DNA of 63,179 nucleotides, the filler included, from Hyphochytrium catenoides (taxonomy: Eukaryota; Protista; Hyphochytriomycota): the NCBI GenBank assembly GCA_900088475.1. It is 5 parts of 5 records of this genome, joined end to end, with 100 filler letters (N's around TTAATTAATTAA, not from the genome) between each part and the next. Parts side by side here need not be neighbours in the genome. Positions count along the whole stretch, not along the records: positions 57,244 to 63,179 come from FLMG01004701.1; 4 more parts are not named here. The stretch is one strand, 5' to 3'. Position 1 is the stretch's first letter. Each line of letters opens with the position of its first letter. The position numbers and the translations under genes are program-made. The notes under the pieces are model-generated. The model was not told the DNA's origin. It searched no databases and saw only the letters and a program-made list of their open reading frames with translations. Shown one piece after another: positions 59,135 through 63,179 of the stretch.

Positions 59135-60920
59135 CTGGGCAAGTTTGCTTCTTATCGCGGTCGCTCGGTTAAAACGAATCTATCGCAGAGTCGTCTTATC
59201 GCATGCACCCCTGACCTCTACCACTCTATCAATCGTTCTTCTCTATTTCTTCACTCTCTAGGGGCCCAATGAGTCTCTGTCTCCGTCTCAACCAAGGTCT
59301 CTGGAGCTTCGTATGGTATGTGAAGTTGAACTGCACTCCTGACGAAAGATGAAGAAAGACTTTGCATCGCGCTTTTCTCCCCTTTCTCTCTCTCAAGGTC
59401 CACAAACCGTACAGTTGGCGGCAGCCTACTATTGTGACGTAAGGCCAATAATTCAGTCATTGTAGAATCAAGTAAGTATGTCGGAAAAGTATTACTACGC
59501 CTGGAGGTTGGGCGTGAAGTTGATGCCTTCCTCCTTGAAGTCCTGGGGGAGGAGTGAATCAATGGCTTCTTCAACCTGTCTGATATAATTCCTCCTGGGT
59601 CTATCTGCAACCCATGTAAGCTTCTTATCGCGGAACCCAGGTAACTCTTTCCTGTTATTATGTCTTAAGCAATAGTGGGTCGCCCCGTTCTTGATCCATA
59701 TGGATATATGGGTCTCTGCTGAGAGCTACTGGTTCAAAGAGAGTCAGTGATTGAGAGGGAGGTTCTGTCACCTGACCTGTCTTGGAATGCCTTTCGGATC
59801 AGAACCCAAGCTCCAGAACACGCTGTTTCCTAATCCTACTCCGCCTTTCTCGTGGTTCCTATATACACCTTGGAATATTGTTCTCCAGTAAAACTTCAAT
59901 TTCTCATGACCGGCAGACAGAGAATTCGTATATTTCATTAGAAGGGGAAAGCTTCGAAGTACACCTCTGCCGCAACATGCATTCTTGAAACATACATAAA
60001 TAAGTTGAAGTATTTCAGAATGTTTCACCCGGCGAGATTGGTCATAGGCAAAAAAAAACCTTTGGGTCTGGAGTTTCCCTGACTGTTTGTACCTTGGTGG
60101 TTCCCACTTCCTCTCTTACTCATTATTACTACAGTAACAATGTGAAGATGACAAGTCTCTGGAAGATTCTTACCGACAGAAAGGGAGGAAAGCAATCAGT
60201 GGAAGAGAGACGAGTGGCGGTGTGAGGACACAGAGAGAATAGAAAGAGTCAGATGCGCTGATGACTCACCTCCCAAAATCCGGATTTGTGTTGTGTCTCG
60301 CAACCTCACAAACGGCATAAGGAATAAAGTACTGTCCAGAACCTTGAAAGCCAAAATTAACCCGATAATGCCTAAAAAATCAACATGTGTCGGTTATCAA
60401 TTTATGTGGTTTGATAACCAATCTCTGTATTTGCAGAACTTTTGATAATCAGACAGTTGAAGTTTACTCCTTCAAAAGTCTGGAAGGCCAAAAGAGACAA
60501 GAATCGCAATAGAAAATCTCTGCGTGGACTCTGATAATTGTGCATTTATTATCTCCAGAGGTCTGCATGTCTGCATGCCATCGCCTCTGCGAAGTCATCT
60601 CAGTCTGGCGAGCCTACTGGCCTAGAGGAGAAGTATAAGGAAGTGGCGCTGGTCGCCATCCAAGCAGAAGAGATAGCTTCCAGGTTGCGTCAAAGCAAAG
60701 GGGCTGTGCGATGTTACCTACATACAGAGCCTGTGATTTGATGAGAAGAGTTGGGACCAAAAGTGTTATGAGCTAAGCCAGTGGCTTTATGAGGGAGCTG
60801 GACCCCTAGGCTGAGACCCAAGGACATTATTCACGCCCAGGTAGACGCCGCCTATCTGTCCCAACGGCAAGAAGATTGGTAGCGATCGTATCGGACCATT
60901 GTGTCGTTCTTGCAGCTGTG

Positions 60921-62567
60921 ATGGACAAGGTAACCAGAAGAGGTCACTCAGTGGCCTTACCTGACGTTGGCAAGACAAGAAGGCCTCGGCCAGCTCTTCA
61001 GCCAAGCCAGAAAAGTCGATCGCTACTTTCACAGCTTGTACTTGGAGCTCTAGTCATATGTGTCCTGGTCTTCCTCTACAACGCTAGCCTCTTCCTTCGG
61101 CAGCACACTTCAGAAGTCGCAGGGCTACCTAAGGATGAAGTCAGCACGAGTGAAGGTGCCGATTCAAACACAGAAGATGTCGCACAGGAAAGCCCTAACG
61201 ATGCTCTGAAGCTTCCCTTTGAGGTCCAGCTCCTGGCTCAAGAAGAGCAGGACAAGGCTGAGCAACCACACGAGACAGCGAAAAAAGAGTCTTCTGAGTC
61301 GCCTTCCAGGGATAAGAGGCACCTGATATTTCAGTTTGAGCAGAAAGATTTGCTTCCACCAGAGTATTGGGACCAACCCACCGCGGCTGCCCCCTTGAAG
61401 GCAGGAGAGGAACTAGGGGAAGGGAGAAATGGATCTTCAGCGCTGCGAGGCTCAGCTCCAGGACAAAGTGGGGACGGGAAAAAGGAAGATAAACCGCCTT
61501 TATCAGACCTAGAGTTTGATTGGTGGCAGTACACCTACTTCCAGCAGACGCGTCACATTGCGAGTCAAGATGTATTGGGAAAGGTCAAGGTTCAGCCACT
61601 CAGAGACGATGCGCCCCCGATTCTCTGCGTCGTCAACACTGTGCAGCCTTATCATAGCTCGCGTGGGGTGGCCGTACGGGACACCTGGGGACGGAAGTGC
61701 GACGAGCTAATCTTCTTCAGCAATGCCACAGATCCTTCACTGCCAGCGGAAGCAGTAGAGGCTGATGATACGCACACGGGTCTCTGGATGAAGCACCGAG
61801 CATACATGAGGACGCTATATGAGCGGTATCTAGACAAGTATGAGTGGTTCTTCAAAGCAGACGATGACGCCTACGTCCTCGTAGAGAATCTGAAGAACTA
61901 CCTCGCATCTTCAGAGATCCAAGAGAACAGGGAAAAGCCCCTCCTTCTTGGGCATCGTCGTGTCCTTCCTCCTGGTTCTCTTCTGTATGAAATGCAAAGA
62001 GAAGGCGCCAAGCTATCAGAGAAAAGCAAGAAGTGGTACTGGAAGGTCTATCACAAGTATCCCAAGGGCTTTGCCTTCACGGTTGGCGGCTGCGGCTATG
62101 TGATGAACAGGGCTTATGTGAAGCTGTTTGTGGAGATTATGGACGAAGACTATTGTCTCCCAAACGACCTGGTTCCGGACGACTGGGCCATACAGTTCTG
62201 CATGCAGTTCAAGGATGTCCACCCTCTAGATACAAGAGATAGCAAAGCAGAAGAGAGGTTTCATCAATTTGAACCGTGGAGAGTAATGAGGATACCTACG
62301 GATGAGTTCACATTCAATCTTGACCATCCTTGGGGGTATAAAAACGGGAAAGACTGCTGCTCTACAGACAGCATTGCCTTTCACTATATGTACCCGCCGG
62401 ACATCTATATGCTGCACCACCATTTCTACCAGGAACCTCTCCAGAAGCCAGAGACTCCATATGTCTGTCCTCAATGCTATAAATATAGAGGTCACCCGCC
62501 TCAAGAGAGACCAAACTTCGACAAAAGAAAACAGAGAGAAAGAAGATTAAAGTTTGCAAGTTCATAA
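60921..62567 (+). CDS. GT31 glycoprotein-N-acetylgalactosamine 3-beta-galactosyltransferase (core 1 synthase, C1GalT-like), type II membrane protein
   Basis: N-terminal TM, stem region, ILCVVNT, DTWGRKCD, WFFKADDDAYVLVENL (DxD), GGCGYVM, DTRD..ERFH, DCCSTDSIAFHY. ATG at 60921 is in frame with the listed ORF. Confidence 0.9.
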   Translation: MDKVTRRGHSVALPDVGKTRRPRPALQPSQKSRSLLSQLVLGALVICVLVFLYNASLFLRQHTSEVAGLPKDEVSTSEGADSNTEDVAQESPNDALKLPFEVQLLAQEEQDKAEQPHETAKKESSESPSRDKRHLIFQFEQKDLLPPEYWDQPTAAAPLKAGEELGEGRNGSSALRGSAPGQSGDGKKEDKPPLSDLEFDWWQYTYFQQTRHIASQDVLGKVKVQPLRDDAPPILCVVNTVQPYHSSRGVAVRDTWGRKCDELIFFSNATDPSLPAEAVEADDTHTGLWMKHRAYMRTLYERYLDKYEWFFKADDDAYVLVENLKNYLASSEIQENREKPLLLGHRRVLPPGSLLYEMQREGAKLSEKSKKWYWKVYHKYPKGFAFTVGGCGYVMNRAYVKLFVEIMDEDYCLPNDLVPDDWAIQFCMQFKDVHPLDTRDSKAEERFHQFEPWRVMRIPTDEFTFNLDHPWGYKNGKDCCSTDSIAFHYMYPPDIYMLHHHFYQEPLQKPETPYVCPQCYKYRGHPPQERPNFDKRKQRERRLKFASS

Positions 62568-63179
62568 GGGCAGGGAGCAGCTGCACTCGCTAAAAAGATC
62601 CAGGAGAGTTATACTGAAAGAGTCGCATATCCCTAAGAGGTGACACTTGGCAAACGAACGGAGAGCTGCAGTCAAGATGACAGCGGGATGCCCTTCAGAG
62701 AGAGAGAGAGATAGGTAACCTAGAGGTGTCTTTGTACCCTTAGAAAGAGACAGCAAGAGGGAAGACCCGACAGAGTTCAGCAGACTTCATAGAGCAAACA
62801 GTTCATTAACTCGTTTAACTGCTGACATTGAGGGGCAGCAGAGAAAAAAATAAGAAATAACTTAGACATTGAAAAGAAACTAGTCAAGCGGGTAGGGAAG
62901 AGAGATCTCTCTTTCTTCTCCATTTTTAGGTTGGCACTCCGCTATCCTCTTTCTTTAGTGCACTCTGTTGGCACTCGGTCTGGACAATACTCACGGTCTA
63001 GTGGAAGAGAATGCCCCCGAAGGGTGAAGCCTAGGGAGATGGTGCAAATGACATGTGAACCTAGTACTCAATGAGCTATATGGCCCCAAGTCATCCTAAC
63101 CTTGGCTAGTGATTCTTATTTTCCCCTTCTCTCGCTCGCTCTGTCCTTCACTTGCTTGGGGTCAGTCCCTGCGTTTTAA

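Noticed and set aside
60010-60058. 5S rRNA- or SINE-like start next to an A-run
   Set aside because: Similarity limited to a few bases; no internal promoter boxes or 5S structure.

Overview
Eukaryotic, probably stramenopile, genomic DNA with GT-AG introns, abundant (GA)n/(TC)n microsatellite and many decayed repeats. The window is not continuous: four identical 100-nt spacers (N44-TTAATTAATTAA-N44) join five contigs (1-29190, 29291-42217, 42318-54308, 54409-57143, 57244-63179). Contig 1 holds the most interesting locus: four divergent, apparently intronless paralogues of a ~700-770 aa membrane protein I cannot assign to a known family. They share TM1, a Cys-rich ectodomain, TM2, an HLxxEC motif, further TMs with conserved polar residues, and a C-terminal GCP(H/Q)CG. 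A three-exon globin with a candidate N-terminal acylation motif (MGQCQPGC) lies inside this cluster. Other recognisable genes: a split mitochondrial ATP synthase OSCP, a plant-type glyoxalase-I-like VOC protein, a PH-START-TM lipid-transfer protein, a stramenopile-type Myb-like factor and a GT31 core-1 beta-1,3-galactosyltransferase-like enzyme. Also present are PLAC8 and PHO4 pseudogenes, a PIF/Harbinger element and several TE and repeat remnants. All calls come from reading the sequence by eye; no searches were run.
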